Assembly (NCBI GenBank): GCA_047601445.1
Contig: JASGJH010000001.1
Span: 2,144,001-2,208,000, forward strand
Source of the DNA: Myxococcales bacterium
GTDB taxonomy: Bacteria; Myxococcota_A; Polyangia; Polyangiales; DASUME01
Reading direction: 5' to 3'
DNA: 64,000 nt
The notes under the pieces are model-generated. The model made no database searches. It worked only from the letters and a program-made list of their open reading frames with translations, and was not told the origin of the DNA. Below, one piece after another: positions 1 to 9,700 of the stretch (positions are counted from its first letter, which is position 1; each line of letters opens with the position of its first letter). A program made the translations under genes and the position numbers.

Positions 1-549
1 AGCGTAGTTGCCGATGGGCGTGCGCTCAGTGAACGGCTGCACGGTGCGCTGGTAACCCATGCCCAGGTCCAAGCTCACGGGACGGAGCGGGAGAATCTTG
101 AGCAGCGAGTCGAAGTCGACGCCGATGTTCACGCCGTTGGGCTGCGCGACGTCCTTGAAGTACTGGAAGTACGTGCCAGCGACGCCCGTAGAAAAGGCGA
201 TCTTCGGCAGGGTCTCTCCAGCAGCCGCAGCGTTCTCGCCCTCTTGGAGGCGGAGCTTGCCAAGGGTGGAGAGATTCAGGTGCGGGGTAACCGCCAACAA
301 ACCGGAGCTGACGCGCGGCGTCTGCTCATGTCCATCCGAGCGGAAAACGTTGGAATCCCAACCTGCTCGAACCGCAATGCCTGGATGGATTTCCAAATCG
401 CCGACACGGATACCTGGGCCTTCCGTGTATTTGCGATCTGGCAACCAAGCCTGAGCGTTGGCCTTCGAACACAGGCTGCCCGCACATACAAGTGTGCTTA
501 GGACGAAGGCAGTCGTCCGCATTAAGTGGGTCACACTGGTTCGCTTCAT
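1..549 (-). CDS. Outer-membrane beta-barrel protein, polysaccharide-export type (EpsX/ExoB/Wzp-like); 3' end runs off the window
   Basis: Not in the ORF track. ATG at 549 reads open to position 1: MKRTSVTHLMRTTAFVLSTLVCAGSLCSKANAQAWLPDRKYTEGPGIRVGDLEIHPGIAVRAGWDSNVF... Signal peptide (ANA-Q), a GIRVGDLEIHPG...GWDSNVF motif and amphipathic strands, recalled from myxobacterial polysaccharide-export barrels. Confidence 0.7.
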   Translation of the reverse strand, partial: MKRTSVTHLMRTTAFVLSTLVCAGSLCSKANAQAWLPDRKYTEGPGIRVGDLEIHPGIAVRAGWDSNVFRSDGHEQTPRVSSGLLAVTPHLNLSTLGKLRLQEGENAAAAGETLPKIAFSTGVAGTYFQYFKDVAQPNGVNIGVDFDSLLKILPLRPVSLDLGMGYQRTVQPFTERTPIGNYA

Positions 550-628
550 TTCCCCGGAGTCTCCGTGGGGGCCGGAAACTTATCCCCCGATGCTGAGTAG
601 CTAGGCAGCGTTGTGCTGCGAGGGAAGA

Positions 629-1207
629 TCAGGACGCCGGACTAACGGCCGCCGGCGGCACCGTGAAGACGGGCGGCGCGGTGGGCGTGGGCGTCAGCTC
701 GGTCGGATCGACGACGGGCGTGTTCGGGGCGATCGTGGTGATGACCTGCGATGCACCCGGCTCGAACAACGACTGGCCCAGACACTGCCCCGCTTCACGC
801 TGCAGCGTATCGAGCTTCTGCGAGAGCACCGAGAGAACCGTGAACTCGTGATTGCCACGGTTGGTGTCGCCGCCGTTGCGCGCATCCTTGAGGGCGCGCG
901 AACGCTGCTCGACGTTGCGAGCATTGGCGTTCACCTCGGTGAGCTTCCGGTTCACGCAATTGGCTCGCATGATGTCTTTGTCGGTCCGGGCCTCGTCGAG
1001 CATCTTGGCGAGTCGATCCGCCAATGCTGCGGCGCGTCGCTGGATGGCATCGGCCTGCGAGATCTGCTGGTCTGCAGTAAGCGCAGCCTTCGTCTCGACC
1101 TGAAGCTCCGGCTGCGCCGTGCCCTGCGTGAAGGCCGGTCCGGTAACCGAAAGGCCGGCTACAAAGGCCAACGTCGCACTGGTGTATCCGAACCAACGTG
1201 TTCGCAT
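629..1207 (-). CDS. Secreted helical protein with two Cys, conserved myxobacterial hypothetical
   Basis: ATG at 1207 with GAGG upstream; signal peptide MRTRWFGYTSATLAFVAGLSVTGPAFTQ; helical core KDIMRANCVNRKL...HEFTVL...EAGQCLG; Pro/Thr tail ending PAS. Confidence 0.75.
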   Translation of the reverse strand: MRTRWFGYTSATLAFVAGLSVTGPAFTQGTAQPELQVETKAALTADQQISQADAIQRRAAALADRLAKMLDEARTDKDIMRANCVNRKLTEVNANARNVEQRSRALKDARNGGDTNRGNHEFTVLSVLSQKLDTLQREAGQCLGQSLFEPGASQVITTIAPNTPVVDPTELTPTPTAPPVFTVPPAAVSPAS

Positions 1208-1428
1208 GGTACCCTCGTGTCCCCAGCGGCAGTATATCGAGCGTGCCTGGGGTGTCAACGCTCACGCATTACGAAACAGCTCGTGCCTTTTACGGAATTC
1301 GTCGATGTGTTCGACGCTCTCTTTAGGTTGCCGGGTCCTGCCTCCACATTCAGTGTGAACGGTGAGTCCGGGCGGTTTCGGTACCCAAAAAATGGGTTTT
1401 TCCGGACGAATCGGGTACGAACAACCAC

Positions 1429-1640
1429 ATGATCGGCTGGCTATTGCGGGCCACGTGCGCAACTGTGCTGCTGGGGGCCCTCGGGTACTTGGTGGTGGCT
1501 GTTCCGCTCGGTCGACGCACCCTTTTCGAACACGGCGTGCAGATCTCGCGCACCGAACCGGCCCAGAATTGGCCGCCGATGTGAAGCAGGCCGCCGAAAC
1601 GGCCGTGGGGCGCGTCAAAGAAGCAGTGGCCGAACGCTAA
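1429..1640 (+). CDS. Small single-TM membrane protein, frameshifted at ~1566
   Basis: ATG 1429: MIGWLLRATCATVLLGALGYLVVAVPLGRRTLFEHGVQISRTEPAQ. It continues as ELAADVKQAAETAVGRVKEAVAER* if G1566 is read twice. Confidence 0.6.
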
Positions 1641-1647
1641 ACGGCGA

Positions 1648-2733
1648 TTACTTCGAAGTGTTGGGTCGCTCGCGCACACGGATGTAGGCCTCAGCAACGT
1701 CTTTCCTCGTGAGTCTCACGCCCTTGGCTGCGAGAGCGTCCAGCACGATCTGGACGACGTCGTGCCACGTCGGCGGATCCTCGATACCGGCGTCGGCGCT
1801 GGCAGCGCGGATGGCGCGCACGACTTGCCGCACCTCCAGGATTTCCTGAGCGAAGCGCTTACTGCGGCTGTTCGGGATGGCGACCTGAGTGCCGTCGAGC
1901 AACGTCAGGGTGCGCGGGGCCCGCGTGGGGGGCTTGGAGGGGGTCTCGTACTCCTCCAGCGGAACCATGGGCTCGGAGCCGGCAGGGATCATGCTCGGGA
2001 TCGGCAGGGGCGGCGGCACCGAAGGACGCGGAGGGACTGGCGAGCCCGCAGCAGCTCCCGTGGCAGCAGTCGCAGGAGCCGCGGGCGAGGGGTCGACACG
2101 AGGTGCGGGAGGCGCTTCGATACGCGGAGCGGGCGGCGGTACCGAATTGGGTGCGGGGGGCGGCTGAGCCTTGAGCCGCGTGGCCGTCGCGTGACTCACC
2201 GGATGCAACGATTCGGCCGCTCTCTCGAGCACTTCGCGCAGCCCACCCCCTGCCGCAATGGTGGGCGCTGGCAGCTCGGCAAAGTAGTGACGATCGATCG
2301 CGCGACGAATGTCGCTCGGCGCCGCGATCATCGCGCGCACCGGCAGCCCCGAGCACTGAGAGACGAGCTGCAGCGCCCTTTCGTCGGTGGGATCTTCGGT
2401 CGCGATGTAGAGGGTATCGCCCTGGTCGCGGACGCTGCGGATGTAGATCGGCATCAGCGAGTAGCGCTCCGCGAGCTCGGCGCTGACGCGCGCCAGCAGC
2501 TCGCGGGAGAACTCGATGCGCTCGAGCGAAACCCACGGAATGCTGAGCTGGTTGGAGAGCGTCTGAGCGAGCTGAAGCTCGGATACGTGCCCGAGGGAGA
2601 CGAGCTGCTTACCGAGACGCGCGCCCGAGCTGCGCTGCGCCCGCAGCGCCTCCTCCACTTGGGCAGGCGTAACGAGCCCGGCGGCGATCAACATGTCGCC
2701 TATGCGCTCGCGGTATGCCTTGGCCTGCGACAT
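1648..2733 (-). CDS. MshEN/T2SSE_N (GspE/PilB N-terminal) domain protein without ATPase; putative c-di-GMP receptor
   Basis: Tandem MshEN motifs RIGDMLIAAGLVTPAQVEEALRAQ / RLGKQLVSLGHVSELQLAQTLSNQ, then a T2SSE_N-like core, Pro-rich linker and small C-terminal domain. No Walker A motif. Confidence 0.85.
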   Translation of the reverse strand: MSQAKAYRERIGDMLIAAGLVTPAQVEEALRAQRSSGARLGKQLVSLGHVSELQLAQTLSNQLSIPWVSLERIEFSRELLARVSAELAERYSLMPIYIRSVRDQGDTLYIATEDPTDERALQLVSQCSGLPVRAMIAAPSDIRRAIDRHYFAELPAPTIAAGGGLREVLERAAESLHPVSHATATRLKAQPPPAPNSVPPPAPRIEAPPAPRVDPSPAAPATAATGAAAGSPVPPRPSVPPPLPIPSMIPAGSEPMVPLEEYETPSKPPTRAPRTLTLLDGTQVAIPNSRSKRFAQEILEVRQVVRAIRAASADAGIEDPPTWHDVVQIVLDALAAKGVRLTRKDVAEAYIRVRERPNTSK

Positions 2734-2755
2734 GCGACGGCAATTCTAACCCGAC

Positions 2756-2800
2756 TGGCAGGCAACCCGACTCGAGTTTTATCCCGAGTCGGCACTGCCA
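2756..2800 (-). terminator. Stem-loop directly after the gltG-like stop
   Basis: CCGACTCG (2767-2774) / CGAGTCGG (2785-2792), with outer TGGCAG/CTGCCA arms; weak U-tract. Confidence 0.5.
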
Positions 2801-4276
2801 TCAGTTCTGCGGAGCGAAGACGAAGGGATAGGAGTAGGAGACGCTGCCACCGTCAGGACCCGGGTTGAAGCGGAAGCGCTTCACCGTATCGACGACGCAG
2901 GAGGCGACGGCCGGATCGTTGGTGGTGTTGGCGGTGGCGACTGCCTTCGACACGGTACCGCTCTGCTCGATGGTGAACTCCACCGTGACCTTGCCCTGGA
3001 GGCCCGGGTTGCGACGGAGCTGCTGCTCGTAGCAGATCTGGATGGCACGCAGGCGCTTCTTCACCTCGGCCGTCACGAGCTTCGAGTCGAACTCACCCGA
3101 GCCGCCGATGTCGTCGCCGCCGTCCATCTTGATGTTGCCCTTGATGGGCTTGCCCTCGGTGATGGCGCCGCCCTCACCGACTCCGCCCTTACCGCCGACA
3201 GCGCCGAGGCTGCCGAGGTCGCCGACCTTGCCGCCGCCGCCGCCACCGCTGCGCATCTTCACCGCGCCCGCCGAGCCGTTGGCGATGCCGACACCGGCAG
3301 CCTGGGCCAACACGTCCGCCGCGTTGCCGGTAACCGCGCCACCTGCGAGCACGTCGGCCAGAGCGCCACCGCCCTCGGTGCTCAACGCGCCGAGCAGCAA
3401 GGCTTCCGCTGCTGCGGCCGCTTCTTCGGCGATCGCCGCGCTCTTCTCCGCGACCTCGCCCGCGTTGTCGGCCTGGTCACCAGGCTTGGGCGGTGCGCTA
3501 TCGCCCGCATTCTTCTCGGGCTGCTTGCTCGGAGCAGGCTGCTCCGCCACGGCTTCTTCCGCGGGGCCTTCGTCCGCCACGGGCTCCGGTTCGGGCTCGG
3601 GCTCCTCGATCATGATCAGATCGATGTACTGCTTCGGGATGACGCCGAGGCCTTGATCGATGGGCCAGTCCGCGTTCTCCAAGTACACGACAAGGCCGAA
3701 GTGCCCCATGAAGGAGAACAGCACGAACGCCGTGAACATCCAGTCGATGCTCTTGGCGAAGCCGCCGCGGGCAGCGGCCGGCAGCTGCGGGCGGGGCTGC
3801 ACCGGAGGCGGCGTGACGAACTGGAAGAGCAGCGTGACGTCGCCGATGACGACCTTGCCGCGCGAGCTGTCGTTGAGCTTGACCTGCCAGTGCGTGCCTG
3901 CATTTCGGGCCGCACCGGAAGTACGCAGCTGCTCGAGCGTCTGCACACCTGCCGGTAGGCCAACGCGGCCCGACATCGACTCGGTGAAATTGAGGATGTA
4001 GTCGTTGCCGACCAGCTGAAAGAGCTCGAAGCGCGGCGCAACACCGGCGGCGTTGAGCACGAAGTGATTGCGCTCCGAGCTGCCGACCGTGACCGTCTCG
4101 CGCTTTCGAACGATGCGCTCTTCGACGATCTTTCCACCCTGGATCACGCCGATGCGCAAAACCTTCGGGCCGACAGGCTTGATGTTCACGGCCTGCATGG
4201 CCATGGTCATCGCGCCCGGGCGTCCCCCCGGTGCCTTCGGCTGTGCCCCCTGCCCCGTGCCTTCGTTTTGGCTCAT
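2801..4276 (-). CDS. gltG: GltG/PglI/NfsG-family protein (cytoplasmic beta domain, one TM, acidic/Gly linker, TonB-C-like AgmX/PglI C-terminal domain)
   Basis: N-terminal LRIGVIQGGKIVEERI; TM FTAFVLFSFMGHFGLVVYL; C-terminal RLRAIQICYEQQLRRNPGLQGKVTVEFTI...VASCV...YSYPFVF. Lies downstream of gltDEF-like genes; likely a paralogue rather than the main motility copy. Confidence 0.85.
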   Translation of the reverse strand: MSQNEGTGQGAQPKAPGGRPGAMTMAMQAVNIKPVGPKVLRIGVIQGGKIVEERIVRKRETVTVGSSERNHFVLNAAGVAPRFELFQLVGNDYILNFTESMSGRVGLPAGVQTLEQLRTSGAARNAGTHWQVKLNDSSRGKVVIGDVTLLFQFVTPPPVQPRPQLPAAARGGFAKSIDWMFTAFVLFSFMGHFGLVVYLENADWPIDQGLGVIPKQYIDLIMIEEPEPEPEPVADEGPAEEAVAEQPAPSKQPEKNAGDSAPPKPGDQADNAGEVAEKSAAIAEEAAAAAEALLLGALSTEGGGALADVLAGGAVTGNAADVLAQAAGVGIANGSAGAVKMRSGGGGGGKVGDLGSLGAVGGKGGVGEGGAITEGKPIKGNIKMDGGDDIGGSGEFDSKLVTAEVKKRLRAIQICYEQQLRRNPGLQGKVTVEFTIEQSGTVSKAVATANTTNDPAVASCVVDTVKRFRFNPGPDGGSVSYSYPFVFAPQN

Positions 4277-4447
4277 CCGATCACTCCGTGTCGAAGCGCG
4301 CTGGTCCCCGCGCGAGCGAAACCCGAGTTCGTCCGTTTACGGACGCTGGTGCCCCGAAAAAGTTCCGCACCCCTCGAACGCTCCCCGACGCAGGGCACAA
4401 TATCATCGCCGTTCGGCGCTGGTAAAGCTTGTCGCATCGAAGGGTTA

Positions 4448-5050
4448 TCACTCACCGCGCCCTCCCCCGCCGGCCAGCTGGTCCGCGGCGTGCTCGGCTA
4501 GCAGGTGGGTGATGTGTGCGGACTGTGCGAGCAGCTGCCCGGCGGCCTTCCGAAAGGCGCCAAGCGCATAGAAACAGAGGGCCGAGGTGCCTACCCCCAG
4601 GGCCATGGATTCGAGCGCATCGGCGAGCGCCATCTGCTGGGCCAACCCAGCCTGGAGGGCGAGCAGCCCCCCTCCTCCCGACAATCCTTGCCGAATGGCC
4701 AGAATGCCGCCCAGGAGCCCTAGGGCCGAAGCAAGCGTTGCACACCCGCGCAGCAGGCCGAGCCGGATTCCTGCGGCATGGCGTAAGTCCACCCGCAGCA
4801 GGTCGGGGTCACGTTCCGGATTTTGGACATCCAGAGTTTCGAGTAGTACTCGGGCCACGAATGACTCGGGAACCTGACGCGCCCAGGCCTGGGCGCTCGC
4901 GGCGTCACCTGCCCGCAGTCGTGCCGCCAGCCACTTCATGGCGTGCTCACTGGTGAGGCTGCGGAAGAACAAGGCCCGTGCGCGTTCCCCGATAACCACC
5001 ATGACTCCGAGCGCAAAGGCGACCTGGCCGAGCTCGAACAGGGGATGCAC
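4448..5050 (-). CDS. Degenerate MotA/TolQ/ExbB (AglR-like) membrane protein
   Basis: TM1 followed by GERARALF; TM2 RLGLLRGCATLASALGLLGGILAI; TM3 ALADALESMALGVGTSALCFYAL. Spacing matches ExbB/TolQ, but the conserved Thr positions are substituted. Confidence 0.65.
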   Translation of the reverse strand: MHPLFELGQVAFALGVMVVIGERARALFFRSLTSEHAMKWLAARLRAGDAASAQAWARQVPESFVARVLLETLDVQNPERDPDLLRVDLRHAAGIRLGLLRGCATLASALGLLGGILAIRQGLSGGGGLLALQAGLAQQMALADALESMALGVGTSALCFYALGAFRKAAGQLLAQSAHITHLLAEHAADQLAGGGGRGE

Positions 5051-5055
5051 GGGTC

Positions 5056-5316
5056 TCAGAAGGGTTCGCGCTGCACACTACGAATGATGTCGCGCAGGAA
5101 ACTGGTGCGAAGGTCGAGCACCTCGTAGCCCAGGTTCGAGCGGTTCAAGATGTAGAAAGCGTTGGGCTTCTGCACGCGGCCCTCGATGGTGATCTCCTCG
5201 AGCTGGATCACCTTGGGCTTGCGCTTGCCGGCTGCGCCGCGATCTTGGGCAGCGACGGAGCTGGACAGGACCAGACCGAGCGCGAAGCTCGTGAGGATCG
5301 TCGTCGTGGCTTTCAT
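5056..5316 (-). CDS. gltF: GltF/CglF/NfsF-family small exported protein
   Basis: 86 aa with signal peptide; IEGRVQKPNAFYILNRS...SFLRDIIRSVQREPF motif; overlaps the gltE-like stop. Confidence 0.8.
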   Translation of the reverse strand: MKATTTILTSFALGLVLSSSVAAQDRGAAGKRKPKVIQLEEITIEGRVQKPNAFYILNRSNLGYEVLDLRTSFLRDIIRSVQREPF

Positions 5317-6731
5317 TTGCTGCCTCCTGCGGGAGCGGCTGGCGCAGCCGGAGCTGCGGATTCTGCCTTCTTCGCGGCGTCTCGCTCCGCTGCCTTCTTC
5401 TCGCGCTCGATGCGCTTTTGCTCGCGGGCAACGGCCTTGTCGATATCGTCGAGATAGCCTGTAGACGCGTCGTCACGCGCGAGTCTAGAGCCCATCATCG
5501 AGCGATAGGTTCCGAACTCTTCCTTGGCCTTGCCGAGCGCAGTCAGCAGGTCGAGGCCCGGGAATTCCGCACCGGCCGCCATGTACATCAGAGCGAGATC
5601 GTAGTGGGCCTGCGGGAGATCGCTCTTCATGCGGAGGGCCTTGTCGAAGGCTGCCTTGGCCTTGTCCCACTGCTTGGTAGAGCGGTAGGCATCCCCGAGG
5701 GCCAACTGCACTTCCACGAGCTTGGGCGAGATCTTCTCGACGGCCTGGAACTGCGTGAGCGCCTCCGAGTAGTTGGCGCCGGCGAGCAAGAGAATGCCGA
5801 GTTCCATGCGGGCTTCCGCGAAGTCGGGATCGAGGTCCACGGCTTTCTTGAACTCGGGCAGCGCCTCGCCGAGGCGCTTGTCGTCGAGGTAACGGATGCC
5901 CCTGTAGTAGTGGAGCTCCGCGTTCTTGTCGTCGACCGCGAGGGCCTGGTCGAGGATGGAGTCCGCAAGCTCTACGCGACCCGCGCGCAGGTTGGCGCGG
6001 ATGAGCGAGAGCATGGACGGCACGTGACGCTCGTCGCGCCGCAGCGCCTTGCGAGCCACCAAGATGGCGTCGTCTACGCGGCCCACCTGGACCAGGAGAT
6101 CGGCGTAGTACGCCTGCAAGAGCAGGTTGCGCTCCCACTGGTCCGCCAGCGGCTGCATGAAGGCCACGGCCTTGTCGGGTTGGCCCTGACGCAGATAGAT
6201 CGCAACGATGCCCTGCGCAGCCTCCTCGTAGTCGGCCTGGGCGCGGAGCGAACGTCGGTAGTAGTCGATGGCTTGGGATTCCTTACCCTCGCGATCGGAC
6301 ATCACGCCCAGGGCATAGAGCGCCTGATAGGCGTTGCCGTCCGCTTTGACGGCCGCTTCGAAGGCGCTCTTGGCGCCGGCGGTATCACCCGCGTGCGCTG
6401 CCTTGACGCCCTGCTCATAGTTGGACCGGGCGCCACCCTCGAGCGCCTTGCGCGGCGGGAGCGGACGTCCGGTATCGGCCTCGGCGGAGCCCCAGGGGCT
6501 GGCCGCCGTCGAGGTGCCAGCAGGCGAGGACGTCGTCGGCTTGCCAGGCTCCGTAGCGCTGCCGCTCTGGGCCTGGCCAGGTGCTCCGGGCGTGCCTGCG
6601 GGAGCTTCACCACCCGCCGCCGGCGCGCCAGGCTCCGAGCCACCGCCACCTACGCTGATTTTCTTGCTGCAGCCGACGCTCGCTCCGGAGAGCGCGAGCA
6701 CGAGGCTGGCCAAGACCAGCTGCTTCATCAC
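5313..6731 (-). CDS. gltE: GltE/AglT/NfsE-family TPR lipoprotein
   Basis: Lipobox SVGC, low-complexity linker and many TPR repeats; lies between gltD- and gltF-like genes with 4-bp overlaps. Confidence 0.8.
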   Translation of the reverse strand: MMKQLVLASLVLALSGASVGCSKKISVGGGGSEPGAPAAGGEAPAGTPGAPGQAQSGSATEPGKPTTSSPAGTSTAASPWGSAEADTGRPLPPRKALEGGARSNYEQGVKAAHAGDTAGAKSAFEAAVKADGNAYQALYALGVMSDREGKESQAIDYYRRSLRAQADYEEAAQGIVAIYLRQGQPDKAVAFMQPLADQWERNLLLQAYYADLLVQVGRVDDAILVARKALRRDERHVPSMLSLIRANLRAGRVELADSILDQALAVDDKNAELHYYRGIRYLDDKRLGEALPEFKKAVDLDPDFAEARMELGILLLAGANYSEALTQFQAVEKISPKLVEVQLALGDAYRSTKQWDKAKAAFDKALRMKSDLPQAHYDLALMYMAAGAEFPGLDLLTALGKAKEEFGTYRSMMGSRLARDDASTGYLDDIDKAVAREQKRIEREKKAAERDAAKKAESAAPAAPAAPAGGSK

Positions 6732-9700
6732 TGGACCTCCTTGAGGCTCGGGGGCGACACGCCGCTCGGCATCGGCAACACCGCGCCGCGGGGCGCGCGC
6801 GAGAACTCACCGGGCTGATAGGCCTGGACTGACGAGTCCTTGGCGGCCTGCTCGGCGATGCACTCGGCGATGCGCTCCTCACCGTAGGCACCCAGACGGC
6901 TGATGGCCTGCTGGGTGTACTCATTGTCGATGGATCCGACCTTGGCCGCGCGAGCCGCCAAAGCGTAGCGATAGACCGCGAGGCACTCGATGGGACGCGT
7001 CTGCGCGTCGAGCACCTGACGGACCTTGTCCTCGACCTGCACGCGCACGTCCTCGCGCGCGTAGTCGGGGAGCTTGGCCATGGTCTTCTTCATGTCTGCA
7101 GGCACCACGAAGGGCGTGTTCAAGACGGCCTTCGCGAGCACTTCGTAGACACGACCCTGGCGGACGAATGCTGCGATGGTCCAGGTCGGGCGACGGTACG
7201 CCATGACCGCGGTGTAGGCCTCGTTGCGATCGGTAGCGCTCTGCGAGCCCGTCCCGATCTGCTTGGTGAGGTCCTTGACGTAGGCGTCCATGGTGGCCGG
7301 CGCGCCGGGCTTGATCTGGAACTTCTCGAACTCTTCGGAGCCCTTGTCGACGAGCAGGAACTTGGCCTGCGCGGCGTACTCGGCGGCGATGGAGCCCGGC
7401 TGCTGGCCAGACTTCGCATAGGCGTTTGCGACGTCGGCCAACGCCACTTCGTAGTCCTTCTGCTTGCCAGCGGCCTTCTTGGACTGCGCGATACGCCAGT
7501 AGGCCTGAACCACCAGCTCTCCTGCCGCAGGGTCGCCCTGATACCGCTTGATGAAGTCATTCATCTTGGTGACGGTCTCAGACGACTTGTTCTGCTTGAA
7601 GGACATCTCGGCGACGCGGTAGCTCGCCGCCATCTTCTCGCCCGGATCCTTGAGGATCTCCGAAGCGCGCTGGTAGTAGTCCGCCGCGCGGGCGTACTGC
7701 TGCTGGTATTCGAGGATCTTCGCGGCGTTGATCAGGGCACCTTCACGGCGCTCGGACATGCCGGGGTCCTGCGACCGCTTGAAACGCTCGGAGTCCGCGA
7801 GGATGCGGTAGTTCTCGATGGCTCGGTCGTAGTCGAAGAAGCGGTTCGCGTTGTAAGCGAGGCGGAAGTAGGCGTTCGACAGGATCGCATCGAGGTCCTG
7901 CTGTTCCTTCGGGTCCTTGCTCTGACGCGGGCCGACTTCGTCGATGATGCGCGAGTAGAGCCGCGCTGCCGACTCGAAGCGACTGGTACGCTCGAGGGCG
8001 ATAGCAGCCTTTTCGAGGGCCAGCGGCGCCTGCGGGTGGTTCGGCTCGTCGTCGACGGCCTGGACCAACAGCGTGGCCGATTCCTCGTAGAGCTTGACCT
8101 GCTCGGCACCCGTAGCCTTCTCGGCCTTGTTGAAGACGTCGACCGCCTTCTTGTACTGGATGTTGGTCAGGTCGGCGCCGGCCAAGCACTGCGGCTCTTC
8201 GGCGTTCTTGGGGTCGGTGCAATCCACGTCCGCGGCGGGCTTGCCCGACGGCGAGAACGTGCAGGCGCGCTCGCGCAGGTCGTTGCCGAGGCGTTCGACC
8301 TCTTCGACCTGGTTCAAGGCGACCGCCATGTTGCGCAGGTTGAGCCACGCGACGCGTCCGGTCTCATCGGCGTTCGGCCCACTGCAGTGCTCCGCGTAGA
8401 TACGGGCAAAGCGATCCTTGGCATGGGACCAGTAGCCGTACTGGTAGAGCAACAACGTGTTGTTGTAGGCGTAGGAGGCGCGCACCTTCTCGGTGTCGTG
8501 CGGCTCGTCGACGCGGGCCAAATAGAGCTCGCGTGCCTGCGCCAGGCGCTGCAGGAGCTGCGGCATTGCCACGGGGGTCACGCGCGGAGGCGTGCCCTGG
8601 GGCGCAGGCGGATCGGTGCGCAGTTCGAGTTCCTTCTTCTCGACCGCCATGTCCACCAGGCGCTTGAGGGACTCGACCACGCGACGGGCCGACTCGGAGA
8701 GGTACTTGTCGTCCAGGTTGGAGTCGCGGACAGCCGCGTACTCACGGGCCGCTTCCTCGTAGTTCTCCGACCAGAACAGTGCGTCCGCCAGGTTGTACTG
8801 GAGGTCGTAGGCCTGGGGGCTGTTCGGATAGCGCTGGATGTATCCACGGTACGCGGTGGCGGCCAGACCGTACTGCTCCTGAGCTTGACGGATGAGCTCG
8901 AGATCCTGGTCCTGCACGCCGAGCTTACGCAGACGCTGCGCGTTCTCGTGGTGGTAGATGGCGGCCGCGACGACGGCTTCCTCGGCCAGCTGCTCGGCGC
9001 GACGCTGCTCGAGCGGATGGTCCATGTTGGCGTTCCACCAGGTGCTGCCCTCGCTGTAGTTACCCAGCAGGGCGCGTGCCTGAACGGCCGCTTCCAACTC
9101 GTTGGCTCGGGTGTAGGCGCGCGCGATGTTGTTCTGCATCTCGGGCGACTTCGGGTGGTTGGGCCAACGCTTCAACGCGAGGTTCCAGACCTCGATCGCC
9201 TGCGGGTACTTGGCCTCGTCGAACCAGACGGATCCGAGAGCGTGATAGACCTCGGCCGTCCAGGCACGATCCTGGGGCATCAACGAGGCGTCTTGCACGC
9301 GGGTCAGGCCCGTGGGCATGCCCTCCTGCGGGTCCGGCACCTGGTTCTCGTTCCAGTCGTCGTAGGCGAAGGCGATGGCGAGATACTGCACGGCTTCAGC
9401 GCGCAGCTCAGAGCCCGCCTTGCCGGTGCGCTTCTCTTCTTCGTCCGACCAATCGACGAGGGCCGCGAAGGTCCTGACCGCTTCCGGATAGCGGAACGCG
9501 CGGTAGTAGGACCATGCAACCTTGTAGAGAGCCAGGTTGTAGTTGCGGTCTTCCTTGTCGGAGAGCACGTGCTTGTAGGCACTGATGGCGTAGGCCATGC
9601 CCTCGGCAGACACGTCGTAGTCGAAGTGGTACTCACCGATGCGCAGCCAGGTCTCGCCCAAGAAGCGCGAGGACTGCACCGCAGGCGTGCACTGGCCGTA

